A DNA stretch of 64,000 bases from Eledone cirrhosa (lineage: Eukaryota), in NCBI GenBank assembly GCA_964016885.1, contig OZ024740.1, positions 195,982,001 to 196,046,000 on the forward strand, given 5' to 3'. The notes below the pieces were generated by a model that did no database searches, was not told the origin of the DNA, and saw only the letters and a program-made list of their open reading frames with translations. How positions within the stretch are numbered: the first letter of the stretch is position 1; each line of letters begins with the position of its first letter. Both the position numbers and the translations under genes were made by a program. Shown here in pieces: positions 1-12,696 of the stretch.

Positions 1-646
1 GTCAATGTACTCGCATCACAAAATTCAAGAAGTCTCACTCCTTCTTCATTTCTTGAACCGTAACCGTGCCCACCATGTACCCCAGTGTAACCATCCTGGA
101 GCTGTCCAACATGACCATTGAAGTCTCCTGCTAGCATAACGATATCTCCGTCCTCTGTCATTGTGGTTGTTTGCAAAAGTTGCTCATAAAAGCAGTCTTT
201 CTCATCTTTGCCTAGGCCTGCTTGGGGAGCATAGACCGAGATGATTGTCAGTAGTCTTCTACCTACAACTAATCTAAGCTTAATTATTCGATTACTAACT
301 CGAACTACCTCTATTGTCTTATTGATCCATTTCTCAGCCAGGAAAATGCCTACTCCCCCTAACCCATCATCCTTACCTACCCAGAATAGCTTATAGCTAA
401 GACGCTTGCCTACGACTAGTCTCGCAGAGGCACCTCTCCATCTCACCTCTTGCACGCAGCACACATCCACCTGCCTTCTCTCCAGCATCTCCGCTATTTC
501 AGCAGATCTACCTCTGAGAGTGCCAACATTAAGTGTTGCAACTCTGAGATGCGACGTCTTCATATTTTGTTGTTCCTATGCTGTTTTGTTGCTGTGCTGA
601 TAAGCTTTTTGGCATTGATACACTGGTTGGATGCCCTTCCTAACAT
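1..646 (-). mobile_element. RTE-clade LINE (family A), 5' end: short 5' UTR plus intact start of the APE endonuclease ORF; continues off the window
   Basis: ATG at 563 opens a stop-free frame to the window edge (MKTSHLRVATLNVGTL...CCVQEVRW...SVYAPQ...LAGDFNGHVG), with the classic APE motifs. It closely matches 21792-22325 and abuts a (TA)n run at 647-673. Confidence 0.92.
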
Positions 647-1446
647 TATATATATATATATATATATATATATTCATTGAAGTTGGTGGTTCACCACTGG
701 ATCATTCTGTATAGTTAACCATAATGCAATAGTAGGAAACGCACTCAATGTAATGCAACTCAATCATCTTTGGTTTAAGATTCTGTTAGTGATGCGTGAA
801 TGGAGTTAAATATTATTATTATTCAATGATATATATATATTTATATAATCATTATCATAGGTTGGGTGATGAAGGATATGAATGGGTTGGGGGACTAAAG
901 GATGTGAGTGGTGGAAACTAAAGGTTGTGAGTGGACTAGATGGTGGTCAAGGAGTGTATTTTCAGACAGAGACCTCTCTGCCTGTCTACCTACACAGTTA
1001 CCATCCTCTCCATGCTCATTTTATCCCACGAGTCTTCTGTAGCATTCCTTGTCACCAGTCAACTCCTTCAACTTTGTGTCATTTCCTTCATGTGGTTCAG
1101 CTGTGTGAGGGCAGCCTTTACCACATCATCTCAAGTTTTGTTAAGTCTACCTCTTCCCTAAATTCTTCATACAGACACTGATACCTGTATTTAGTTTTAA
1201 TTTATGAAGAAACATTTGTCTATCTTTACATCAATATTAATGAACTCCTCTTCCGAAACTCCTCTTTACCAAAACAAATGTGTGTGATGTATATAAACAT
1301 AATCTATAGTCATTATGCATTGTCTACTATTTTAATTACCCAACTAAGAAGATTATTTTCCTTTTTTTCTTTTTTTTTTTTTTTACCTTTTTACTATTCC
1401 TACTGACCTATAAATAAACTATGATCTAGTCAAAATAACCAAAACA

Positions 1447-1451
<5 letters not shown>

Positions 1452-1510
<59 letters not shown>
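1452..1510. repeat. (CA)n microsatellite
   Basis: Direct reading. Confidence 0.95.
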
Positions 1511-1511
<1 letters not shown>

Positions 1512-1751
1512 GTCTGTTTGACGAGACAACCAAAACAATAATCTGTATTTTAATTCAAACCTTACTATAAATGCTTTAATTCTTATTTGCTATCTCCTTG
1601 ATGGATACTCTGTTGGTTTCAACAATGAGCATTCAGTTGTTGGATCAACTAAATGCACTGCTTGTTAACCCTTTCATTACTGTATTTTTAATTAAATACA
1701 TTTTATTTGAAATATTAATAAAGAATTTAGAGGGATATACTAAAATTGTGA

Positions 1752-1870
1752 AGGTGCATGGTTTCGTGGTTAGATTGTTGGACTTGCAATAGTGAGGTTG
1801 TGAGTTTGATTTCCAGACTGGGTGATGCGTTGACACTTTATTTCACATTGTTCCAGTTCACTCAGCTGTA
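1752..1870 (+). mobile_element. tRNA-derived SINE family 2 (CORE-like body), partial copy
   Basis: A/B-box-like head followed by 'cactttatttcacattgttccagttcactcagct', shared with ~24015-24300 (+), ~46407-46690 (+), ~23900-23990 (-), ~56100-56310 (-) and ~58590-58702 (-). Confidence 0.6.
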
Positions 1871-2501
1871 GGGTCAATTCTTCCTCTATATCACTTTGTT
1901 ACTTCTTCTCTTTTACTTTCTATCCTTCTTTTGGAAGTAATCTGTTGTGTTTAGGCCTGGAGAGGGGTGGGCTCTGTCAGGCTTAAAATGCTCCAGAAAC
2001 GATGTATGTCAATACAGCACCCCTACAACTCCATTAAGAGTTACAGCACCATACTATACCATTATTTGCTCAATTCAGTTTAGTCAAAACTGAGTTAAAT
2101 CTAATTGCTAGGTGTTGAATGAGTTATTTTTATTTTTCTATTCAGTCAACATGACACAACTTAAAAAAGAAAAATTGGAAGTAAAAAATAAACAAATGGT
2201 AAGATGTCCCATGCATTATTATCCTTCAAATAATGGAGATTATCAGTTTAACAAGGATTATAACATTATGTAATTACTTAGCTTGTATATTTTAGTTAGC
2301 TTTTGTTTTCTGTTTAGTTTAAATAAATCATCAACACAACTGGATGACCTGACAGCTAACATGATATTTCAACCTAGCTGGATACTTCTAGAATAAATAA
2401 ATAATCAACATGTGTTATTGAATTGGGGTTTCAAAACCATTCATTGGATTTAGTGTTGAACTTTAAACCACAAAAATTCTATTTGCTTTGATCTACATTA
2501 A

Positions 2502-2704
2502 CCCTTAAGCATTTACATGACTCTATATTTACTATTGTATTTTCACGGTAAAGGCTTTACCTCACATTATTATCTCACATATTACTGAATCAATGAGATT
2601 TTGATGACTTTTATTTTGAGAACAATACCTAACATCAGTGAGTGACCTGTTACGGCTGCTTAGAACAGAATGAGATGAAAGAATTCCAACCGGATACAGC
2701 CAGG
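2502..2704. mobile_element. piggyBac-like MITE, degenerate copy
   Basis: TTAA|CCCTTAAGCATTTAC left end and an internal match to 3164-3371; right TIR eroded. Confidence 0.7.
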
Positions 2705-3163
2705 TTAATGGGAAGTAAGTAGTTCATTACTGAACATTTGACTACCAGCCCAAGTTTCACTGCCCAGCTTGTCCACAGAGGACAAACTGTCCAAGTATTG
2801 GCTGCTCTCTGATAGGTTTGTGGTTGAGCCTGTAGTAGCAAGGAGACTTCCGGCATTCTTGGCCCCCACACCACATCACTGCTCACTGCATTCAGAGTTT
2901 ACCTTAGTTTACTATAAATTTTCACAATAACCTGTCCACTGGAAAAGACACTATAAATATTTGAATCAAATCCATTTTTAGATATTTTCTGCTAAATCTT
3001 GACAGGATTTTAATAGTTGAATAAACTAAATTATGCATTCATATTTGAATATACAGCTATACTAGTATATGCCTTGTGTGTTAGTATATATTTATAACCA
3101 ATAATGTTATACTCTATATAGAGAGAAAATTATAATTTACAACTTTAGTTATACCTACCTTAA

Positions 3164-3371
3164 CCCTTTAGCATTTACATTACTCTATATATATACTATT
3201 GTATTTTCATGGTAAACACTTTACCTCACATCATTATTTCACATATTATTGAATCTATGAGATTTTGAGAATAATGCCTTAACAACAGTAGCAGCATCAG
3301 GTTACGGCCAGTTTGAACAGAAAGAGGTGAGAGAATTCTGACCAGATATGGGCAGTTTAAATGCTAAAGGG
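3164..3371. mobile_element. piggyBac-like MITE (~208 bp)
   Basis: TTAA|CCCTTTAGCATTTA ... TAAATGCTAAAGGG|TTAA: 14-bp TIR, CCC/GGG termini, TTAA target-site duplication. Confidence 0.88.
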
Positions 3372-6169
3372 TTAAATTTATCTCAGGTTTTCTAATGTAT
3401 GCTGTTTTGTGCATAAACATTTATTATTGAACAAATCTCCTAAATGGATTGTTTGATGTCCATCAAATATGGTGATACTCATTTCAATGTACTTTTGTTG
3501 TCATTTGTTCTATTTTCTCTCTTTGTTTCATATTTTCTCCTGTCTCCTTTATCGATTTAACAATCCAATAAACATCTCAATTCACTCTTTAACTATTTGT
3601 TATTCTATCTTTGTTGTATTGACCTGTAACAATAGCTAATTCGAAACGCTGCAATAGACTTTGCTAAAATCAATATAGTATTTGTATATTTTGCGTGAAG
3701 TCTCTTTTTCTCTGTCTCTTTCTCTCACTCTCTCTATCTCTGTTATTAAATATGGCCTAATTGCAAATAATCTATAAACATTGAAGAAGAGATCAAATGA
3801 TAGTTATCCTCACTCTTACATAGAAAAATAAATACCAGTTCATAAATGCAACCAATCATATAGTAATTAAACCGTAGCTTTCTGTTTTAAACTATTTTGT
3901 TTAACAAGAAAACGTTATTTCTAATTCCTTGATGTTTATATATTACATATACCCAGAATTGAAAATTTAATTCAGTATCTTTTTTTTTTCATCACTTCAC
4001 ATTGACAAAAACTTTTGTTTGAAATACTTTAGTAATTTCAAAGATAAGAATGTTTTCTTGAATAAAAATCAAACATAGGAAAATATTAGATTTTAAAAAA
4101 TTTCTTTTATAAATTGATATTTAAATTCAAACATGAGTAGAACTTCAGTAGAAAAGAATTGATTTTTTAAAAATATTCTTTTATTGATTTGAATTGATTT
4201 TCAATTTTCTTATTGATTTTCAATTCGAGGTTGAATCTGTTTCAGATTTCATCTTTTTATTGAAATTAAATTTTAATCTCTTTCTCTTATCCTATGTTTA
4301 TTTTAAACTTTGAAGAAAACAGTTTGGGTTTCTGAATTTGTATTTTAAAGTTTAAAACGCAAATCAAAGTTTAGAACATAGTTTAACATTTAAACTGACC
4401 ATCAGCACAGTTTAAAACACTGTTATCTATTTAACAGCATTTGGATGAAAATACTCCCCAAATTGAAACTCAAGAATTTAAAAACCCTTAAAACCCTTGA
4501 CTATTCTTAGTTTCTTAATTTTCCAGCAATTTTAAGGGCTGGGAAAGTTGATTATATCGACCCCAGTACTTGTACATTATTTGACCTTTTAGTGACCTTT
4601 GAAGGGTAAAAGACAAAGTTAATCTAAGCTGTATTTAAACTCAGATTGGAAAAAGCCTAAATAAATATTTACTGTGGGGCAGTTTATTATCTCCTTTTTT
4701 CTTCGAGAACCACTAAGAAATACCACTGGATTTTATTTCTTTTGTCAATTAAGAAACAAATGTTCATTTGATTGAGATTTTTTTGTATACAACATTCAGT
4801 ACATCACCCCTTCATTTATCTACAACCATGCCTATGGTTTATTTCAGTTGTTTCCTTTAACTAATTATATATATTTATATGTACTGGATTTGTATACATA
4901 CAAAAATAGAATCCTGATGATGTGGTATATAGTTACTATAGGTATAAAAGATATAATTACACCTACATATTTACATATTCTGTATATATACACATACTTG
5001 TCAGTTAATTGGCAGTGCCTCTTCCAGGTTTTTTCCTATTTGGCAGCAAATTTACTTTACTCTTGACCTGTCTGTGATAGCTAAATCAAAAACAAAAATA
5101 AAAGGTACAGACATATTCTTTCACATTATATATCACACACATTACACACACTATCAAATTCCATAAATCAACAATCATCAAATAGTTTATCAGAGACTGT
5201 ACATTTGGTACCACAATAAAAAGCACCCAGTCAATGCTGTGAGTGTGGTTGGCATTAGGATGGCCATCCAGTTGTAGAAACCAAGCCAGAAACAGTTCTG
5301 TATGAGCAAGACATGGTCATCTGATCTGACATGTCTCACAACAAGTCAACTCATCTAACCCATGCTACACACACATGAGTGTAACCATGGAAAATAGCGC
5401 CTATGGCAAGCTGTGAAATTGGACCCCTGCTCAAACATCTATAATCCATAATCCAACCACCATAGTGCTTCTCACCCATGATAATCAAAGACAGATCATC
5501 TGAAGAAGTTTCTTTTTTCACTCTCCGATGATAGCTTACCTGACTTTAATAGAAAGTGTTCCTAATAGAAAGTGTTCCTAGTTCAAGTGACGCCCATGGC
5601 ACGCGCCATGCTTGCTATACACTAGTTACGCCTCTGCGCACGCACGCACACACACACACACACTGACAGAGAGTTGGGGGAGAGCGGTTGTGTGCTTTCT
5701 TTCTCACAACTCATATACAAATATTATTTTTGCTGTTGGTTTCAAGAAATTTGCTAAAAGCAAAAGCTTGAAAGATGTCTGACTAAACCACATTGTTCTG
5801 GACTACACTTGAGAATTTTCACCTGTCAGCAGATGCAAGAAGGATGTGTTTGCAGAACTTTCTTCTGACCTATTCTATCAACACTAGTAATTGTTTCAAC
5901 AACCAAATCAGCTCTCCTACTAACTATTTTATCTCACTTTACCTCCACATATATTTCACTCCCACAACCTATGGCTAAGTAACAACAACAACAACTACTA
6001 CTACTACATACGCATTATCAAGCTTAGTTTGGTAGATCAGGTGTGTATAAAATGTATATATCTTATTTTTCACTGAAACAAATGAGAACTGGGGCTATTC
6101 TACACACATATTGACAAAGTAAAACACAAACCCCTTATCAACTGCTACAATAAAGCAGCCCTTACACAA

Positions 6170-6340
6170 TCCCCTTGACCTGCAAGAAATAGCAGCTAAA
6201 ACTCTCATATCACCGCTTACTGTTTAAAAAATGAAAGAACACATTAAATAATGAAATACTGTCTTAAATAAACAGACGGGATGGTCACAGCTGGTACACT
6301 TTTCATTGTCTGCTCTATCAGAGCTGACCTGATACTAAAT
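6170..6340 (+). repeat. Dispersed ~170-bp repeat family (SINE/LINE tail-like)
   Basis: 'cttgacctgc..gaaatagcagctaaa...ggtca..gctgga...gctgacctg' recurs at ~8480-8650, ~46880-47065, three tandem copies at ~49720-50235, and ~62720-62890. Confidence 0.65.
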
Positions 6341-7069
6341 TAAAGATATTCACGACAGAAGTTCTCAACCTTTTTATTCTGTTTTCCTTGTGACAACATT
6401 ATGAAAGTAAACTTTACCCCCCTGTCTTGTTTTGTTCAGTAATATTTGAGAATAAATCTTTGACATAATACAGCAACCATTAAAAGGGGAAATTTTAAAA
6501 TACAGACAACTAGAGAGAATGACTGACTAGCATTCAGCCATATTGCTGTTTTCTTTTCTTTTTGTCATTCATTTATGAAATACTATTGATGTACATTTTA
6601 TGATAGCTCTAACCAAGTTAAACCTATGCAAGAGTGGCACCGGATGAGGTACATAACACCATTTTCTGGGCTAATAACATAAGTTCTAGTTCAGTTCATG
6701 GAAGTAAATCTATTCCACATGCTACCACTATAAATGAAACTTAAGGGGCAATCCACCTCATGTTCCTGGCCGACATGATTTAAAAGGCATTGCAAGGGAG
6801 ACGTGCTGGAACAGCTACTCACCTTGCGGGACTCACACATGTGGGTAGCCAGCTTCACTCTGATTGCAGTGAGTAAGGATGTGGTCTGGGGACCAAGAAT
6901 GCCGATAGTCACCACTGTCACAGGCTCAACCACAAACCTATCAGAGAGTAGCTGATACCTGCACAGTCCTCTCAAGTAGACTATTACATTGGTAACACAG
7001 TAAATAAGAAGTTTAAAATACATTTAAGTCCAAAATGGTAGAAAGAAAACAAATTAATCTTCTTTTTCG

Positions 7070-7290
7070 CCCACTTATTCCTGAGAGGGTTGTGGGGCAG
7101 AGTCCTCAAACATTCCTTCCAGCGGGTCCTGTCAAAAGCAAACCATCTTCAGCTGATCTGGCTAGATCCCCAAGCGAGACCAGCCAAGCTCATGGATGTT
7201 ATCCAACCATCTTGCTCAGGGTCTACCCCTGGGTCTCCTGCTGGTTGGTTTTGCCCGTAAAATGAGTCCAGCGATTCTTTCCTGAGACAA
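7070..7290 (-). mobile_element. Degenerate 3' fragment of another RTE (Expander-like)
   Basis: Minus strand reads RAKPTSRRPRGRP*ARWLDNIHELGWSRLG, resembling the RTE C-terminal RPRGRPxxRW motif, with an in-frame stop. Confidence 0.6.
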
Positions 7291-8689
7291 ATTAATAATT
7301 TGATAAATAAAAGAGACCCACTTCAAATTTTCTTCTCAATTTCAGTTTGATTTTAATCATAATTGAGAAAAATATGTACAAATCCAGAACCAGTAAGTAA
7401 GATTTACCTACTGGGGGTGAATTTATATCCAGTTGCACTATAGAACTATAGTGATACTACTTTACTCAATATATTATCAAGCTTAGGTAATTAAGGTGTC
7501 TATAAAAAGTATATAGCTTTCTTCAATGTGATAAATGAGAACTGGTGCTATTCTCTATCTCCAGTTCTCATATATGACTAACACTTTACCGTTCACAACT
7601 GGCTTCTTTCCAGTTTGCTGTATAGACAAACTGAGCTACATAAAACATATTTAAAACCTTGGTTTTAACTTTAGCAACCACTACTTTACTATTAAACTGT
7701 ACTTTTTATACATACTTATAAACATACATAGATACTAATGCATGCATACACATCTACACACAAGTATGTATAGATACACACACATACATCCTTATACTTA
7801 TTCATGTACATGTATGCGCACACATACATATATCCTTATACATACTCTTACATATTAACACACAAATATATACACATAAATGTGTATAGATGCCCATGAG
7901 CATAATCTTCATTCTTTATACTCACCTCTCCTTCCAATTAAGAATGTTTTTTTGTTGTTGTTTTTATTTTTTTGTTTCCAAAGAATTAGTTTAAATATAA
8001 CCACCACCCATCCATCTCTCAGCCCTCCTTTCTATTTCTCTCTTCTATCTTTTTCTTCAGTCTTTTTTCTCCCTTACCTCCCTCCCTCTCTCTCTCTGCC
8101 TTCTCCATCTATCATGTTCTCTCTCTGTCTGTAACCCTGGTTAACTCAATGCCGTAATAAAGAAACTTGCCCAAGGTGCTATGCAGTGAGGTCAAGTTCA
8201 GAACCAATGTGATTAAGAAACAAACTTCTTAACAACAGAGTCATACACTTGCAACCATACACAGAGAATGTATCAGTTAGAACACACACCAACCAAACAC
8301 TATTCATTACATGGAGATGGGATTATAGGCCCCAAATAATATTGGATGAAAGAGGGATTAAAGTGATTAGTATAGGGAAACTGTAACCAAGGCTGATCTC
8401 AAACTGTTCTGGAATGTTTGCCAGAGGATATTGATCTATTTCTAGGAATCACTAAATAAGTTTGAGCTAACTTGGGTGGCTCCACTCAATCACTTGACCT
8501 CTTAGAAATAGCAGCTAAATCTCCCTTAAATCACACCCTGCCATTCTAAAATAAAGAAAGGATTCATTGAATAATGTGGTCCTAGGTGTACTGTCTAAAA
8601 AAGTGATTGTCGCAACTCGTATCTCAGGGCTAACTTTGGGCTAAACAATGACTACAAAATAGGTTTAGATTTAGGCTTAATTTAATTGC

Positions 8690-8870
8690 TTCTACTTTTG
8701 GCACAAGACCAGCAATTACCCAGTGAATTACTGGTACTTTATTTTATCGACCCCGTAAGGATGAAAGGCAAAGTTAACCTCGACGGGATTTGAACTCAGA
8801 CCGTAAAGGGACGTAACTATGCTGGAAAGCATGGCGTCCGACCCTCTACCGATACTGCCAATTCACCAAT
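8690..8870 (-). mobile_element. tRNA-derived SINE family 1
   Basis: B-box GAGTTCAAATCC, body 'ctttgcctttcatcct..ggggtcgataaaataaagtaccagt', and 'ttgtgcc..aa..agaa' tail. Many copies: ~9500-9690, 10445-10630, 13705-13930, 25440-25630, 29130-29270, 31562-31705, 34670-34890, 36315-36510, 57905-58080. Confidence 0.8.
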
Positions 8871-8998
8871 TTAATTTAATAAAGCTACACGAGAGTTGAG
8901 AGTAATAGATTTAGATCTAGGCTCAATTTAATAAAGCTACCCAAGAGCTGACAAAAATAGATTTAGATCTCGGCTCAATTTAATAAAGCTACACAAGA
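8870..8998. repeat. ~50-bp minisatellite (tagatttagatct.ggctcaatttaataaagctac)
   Basis: 2.5 tandem units, with related partial units at ~8660 and ~9291. Confidence 0.7.
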
Positions 8999-9069
8999 TG
9001 ATGATGATGGCCGTAGGGTGGAAGTGGAACACAGATAAATATATACATTCATTCACACATACAGTTTAA

Positions 9070-9289
9070 CCCTTTAATGTTCAAACCGGCCAAAACCGGC
9101 CAGAATTCCCTACTACCTTTTTCTGTTGAAACTGGCTGTAACTGGTCGCTCAAACTGATGTTAAGGTATTCTCAAAATAAATACTTTCAAAATCTCATAG
9201 ATTCGATATTATGTGAGAGGATTATGCGAGGTAAAGCCTTTACCATGAAAATATAATAGTATATATAGAGTAAGGTGAATACTAAAGGG
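9070..9289. mobile_element. piggyBac-like MITE (opposite orientation to 3164)
   Basis: TTAA|CCCTTTA...TAAAGGG|TTAA; the interior is the reverse complement of 3164-3371. Confidence 0.85.
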
Positions 9290-11349
9290 TTAATAAAGCT
9301 ACACAACTGCTGAAATGACAAAAAATTCAGTTATTTCAATCACTGAAAACTTTTTTTAAAAGTTGAAACCTATTCTAGAATGTCTGAATATTATAGTGAA
9401 TCATTTCTGTAATCAACCAAGATTTAAATATGAAGATAAAAGGCATTGTAACTTTCTTTCATTATTTCCAAAGAGTGGTGGATCGGCATTAATTCCAGAG
9501 AGTGGTGGAGAGCGTCGGACAACATGCTTTGCAGCATGTAGTCACAGCCCTTTACATTCTGAGTTCAAATCCTGTCAAGTTTAACTTTGTCTTTCATCCT
9601 TATGGGGTCAATAAAATAAAGTACCAAGGGTCGATTTAATTTACCTCTCCTCCCCAAAAATTGTTGGCATTTTGCCTAAACCAGAAACCATTATTTCCAG
9701 AGAATACATAGTTTTTCATATATATATATCTTTACTAAGGCCAGGCTTAATTCTTGTTACTCTTGAGTTTCATGTGTGCTCGCAGGGTCATCAGGAGAAA
9801 CCCCAGAGCAACAAGACTCAAGCATGGTCTTAATATTGAGTATGCATTCTTACAACTACCATCACTAATCATGTAGACATACATACACACACATATGCAT
9901 ACATATACACACTCACACACACATATGTACATGCAAAGTTGTCAGCTTGTTGCAATTCCAATGGATAACATCGACCAGATGTTTTCAGCTGTTCACCTCA
10001 CCAATTATGCCATTCTAGGGTGGGGTTTGGTGCAACCAAACCAGTGGAGGCACCTTTTGAGTAGCCTTTGGAGAAAATCAATTCAAAAGCAACAATGAAT
10101 TTCAGAGTTTCATCCAAAATCCAATGTGCGGATGTGGCCAGACACACACACACACACATTAAGATTTCTGTATTCTCTAAAAAATCCACTGAAATAGAAT
10201 ATACAATTAACTCACTTGCCTATGTTTATTTCCAACACAATTATGATCATCTTTTCTCTCATTAGTTAAGAATTTTAAATGAAATAGAAAACAACAACAA
10301 AATAAAATCTTTCAGAGGATAAAGAATATTTAAAAAAAAAAAACAAAGTAAAAACATTTTCTCACATTAAAGGAGGTAAATGCTGGGGACAGTATTGATG
10401 ATTGTTAGGAAAGAATGATGGGACTTTCATGCTTAAATAAATAATGGTTGCTGATTTAGGCACAAGGCCAACAATTTGGGGGACAGGGAAAGACGATTGA
10501 ATCGACCCCAGTGCATTACTGGTGCTTTATCTTATTAACCCCTTAAGCATGAAAGGCAATGTAAAGGGATGTAACTATATGTGGCAAAGCATGGTGTCTG
10601 ATGCTCTACTGTTACTACCAATACCCCACCTCCATCATTAAACAGATAATAACAACGCTGTGAGACAGAGGGGTAGAGAGGTGGGAGGAGTGAGAGGTAC
10701 AGACAAATAATAACATTGTGAGACAGAGAGATAGAAATATTGATAGACAGATAAATAGAGGTGAGGTGAGTGAGAGGTACAGACAAATATTTAAAGACAA
10801 GGAAATAAAAATGTGGATAAAGATGGATAAATAGAAATACTATTAAAGAGGGGGGAAAAAAACTGACAATTAAAGAGGAGACAAGAATATATATTTATAG
10901 GGAGAAATGAGAAAGGCAGAAAAATAGTGCATTAGAGAAAGAGGGAGAGAAATAATTTGAAAAATAATTTCCTTCTAGATTACAACAGTTAAAAAGTGCA
11001 AAGATTTTTGTATTATTTTTTTAGTTGTTTTCCTTATGTTAGTCATCTACTTTACACACTTACTTTTTACATTATCTTTTATAATAATTATAAGAGAAAT
11101 ATTAAAAACTAATAATTTTATTTTATTAAATAAATGGCTGTATGGTTATGGTATTGAACTATTTATTTCTGACCAAATGAACATGATTTCAAGCCATTGT
11201 GTTGTGAATGTGAACTTCTGATTAAAGCACATAACACTGCTTGCCTCTGTTTGCTTGATTGTAAAAAAAACAAAAAAAAAACAAAACAAGTTCAGCTTCA
11301 TGTTTCATAGTTGAGTAATTTAATAGCAGAAAGTGGTTGTGATGGTGAC

Positions 11350-11674
11350 TCAACAAAAGGTGCCCAGCCCACACTGTAAGGTGGCCGTATAGGTGTCACA
11401 ACAAAAAGCGCCCAGCCCACACTGTAAGGTGGTCGTGTAGGTGTCACAACAAAAAGCACCCAGCCCACACTTTAAAGTAGACGTGGAGGTGTCACAACAA
11501 AAAGCACCCAGCCCACACTGTGAAGTGGTTGTATAGGCATCACAACATAGAAACCAAACCAAAATCAATTCTATATGAGCAAGACATGGTCATTTGACAT
11601 TGACTTGCCTTAAATAGGACAACCCATTTAACCCATGCTAGCATGCAAAATGGACATTAAATGGTGATGATGAT
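11350..11674 (+). mobile_element. Non-autonomous RTE 3'-UTR-derived element with four tandem 48-bp units
   Basis: Four units of 'caacaaaaagcacccagcccacactgtaaggtggtcgtgtaggtgtca', then the 'aacccatgctagc...ggac.ttaaa..gtgatgatgat' tail seen in RTE family B. Confidence 0.8.
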
Positions 11675-12659
11675 GTATCCAGCTGTAACCATTGAATGGA
11701 TCTAAACACCATTGGAGAGAAGTGTAACCATTTCTTCCCAATGATTTTCCTATTCTCTCTAGTACATCATGATTCTCACATTTCAGAACATGTGTGCTAA
11801 TGTCTCATTTTTCTTCTAGCTACATTATATTGTCCTTTGCTGCCCCCTTTCTTCCATTTTTTACTGACCTAGCTCTTAGCTTATATAGCTCTATCAACAA
11901 TACTATTCCACCAGCATGTCACCATCCATCTTGTTCGGGCCTTACATTCAGCAGGTTGCCCTCTCTCTGATAAGTTTCAGTCTCCTCTCCCTTCCTGTCA
12001 TAAACATTAACTAGTACTTCTCTGAACCTATAACTGCTCAAAGGCTCTTTCTGCTTCCATACCTTTCTTCTCTAAATTGTCTTGTGTCTGAAGTCACTGT
12101 TCCTTAGTCTATAATCAGAGAAAACTTAGCTTTCATAACTGTCTGTCTATATAGTTTCCTGGTGATTAGAGAGTCTTAACTTGTGTGTTTGTCTGATTGG
12201 TAGGTAATCAGGTGGCTGACCAGTTTGTTGAAATTAGTGCTGTGATTATATCATTTGCTTCATAGAACTCTTAAATCTTGATCCTTCCCCATTCTTTGTA
12301 CTATATACATGGCTTCAATATAAGCTAGAAAAGCTATAATGTTGTCAAACATGTCTACTAAAATCACTAGTTGTGACAATAAGAAATGTCATTTATTATT
12401 GAGGTCAGCTGTATAAGGGACTTATAATGGTGGTCCTTCCATTCATCTGTCAATCCTGATTGTAGTGCATATGCAACTGATAAATGTTGCTGTCATGTTG
12501 TCTATAACTAGCCTTAGCTTAATTAATTTTTTGCACACTCAGGATTACTTGATCCATTTCTCTACTAACAAAAAGTCTATTCCACCCACACCAGAAGAAT
12601 TTGTATGTGTGTGTATATATATATGTGTGTGTGTGCATGCATGTGTATAATTATGTATG

Positions 12660-12696
<37 letters not shown>

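Noticed and set aside
11350-11550. CRISPR-like array
   Set aside because: The units are contiguous with no unique spacers, match RTE 3' UTRs, and lie in eukaryotic DNA with no cas genes.
11680-12600. Possible ancient LINE RT relic on the - strand
   Set aside because: The composition is suggestive, but no diagnostic motif could be read with confidence.
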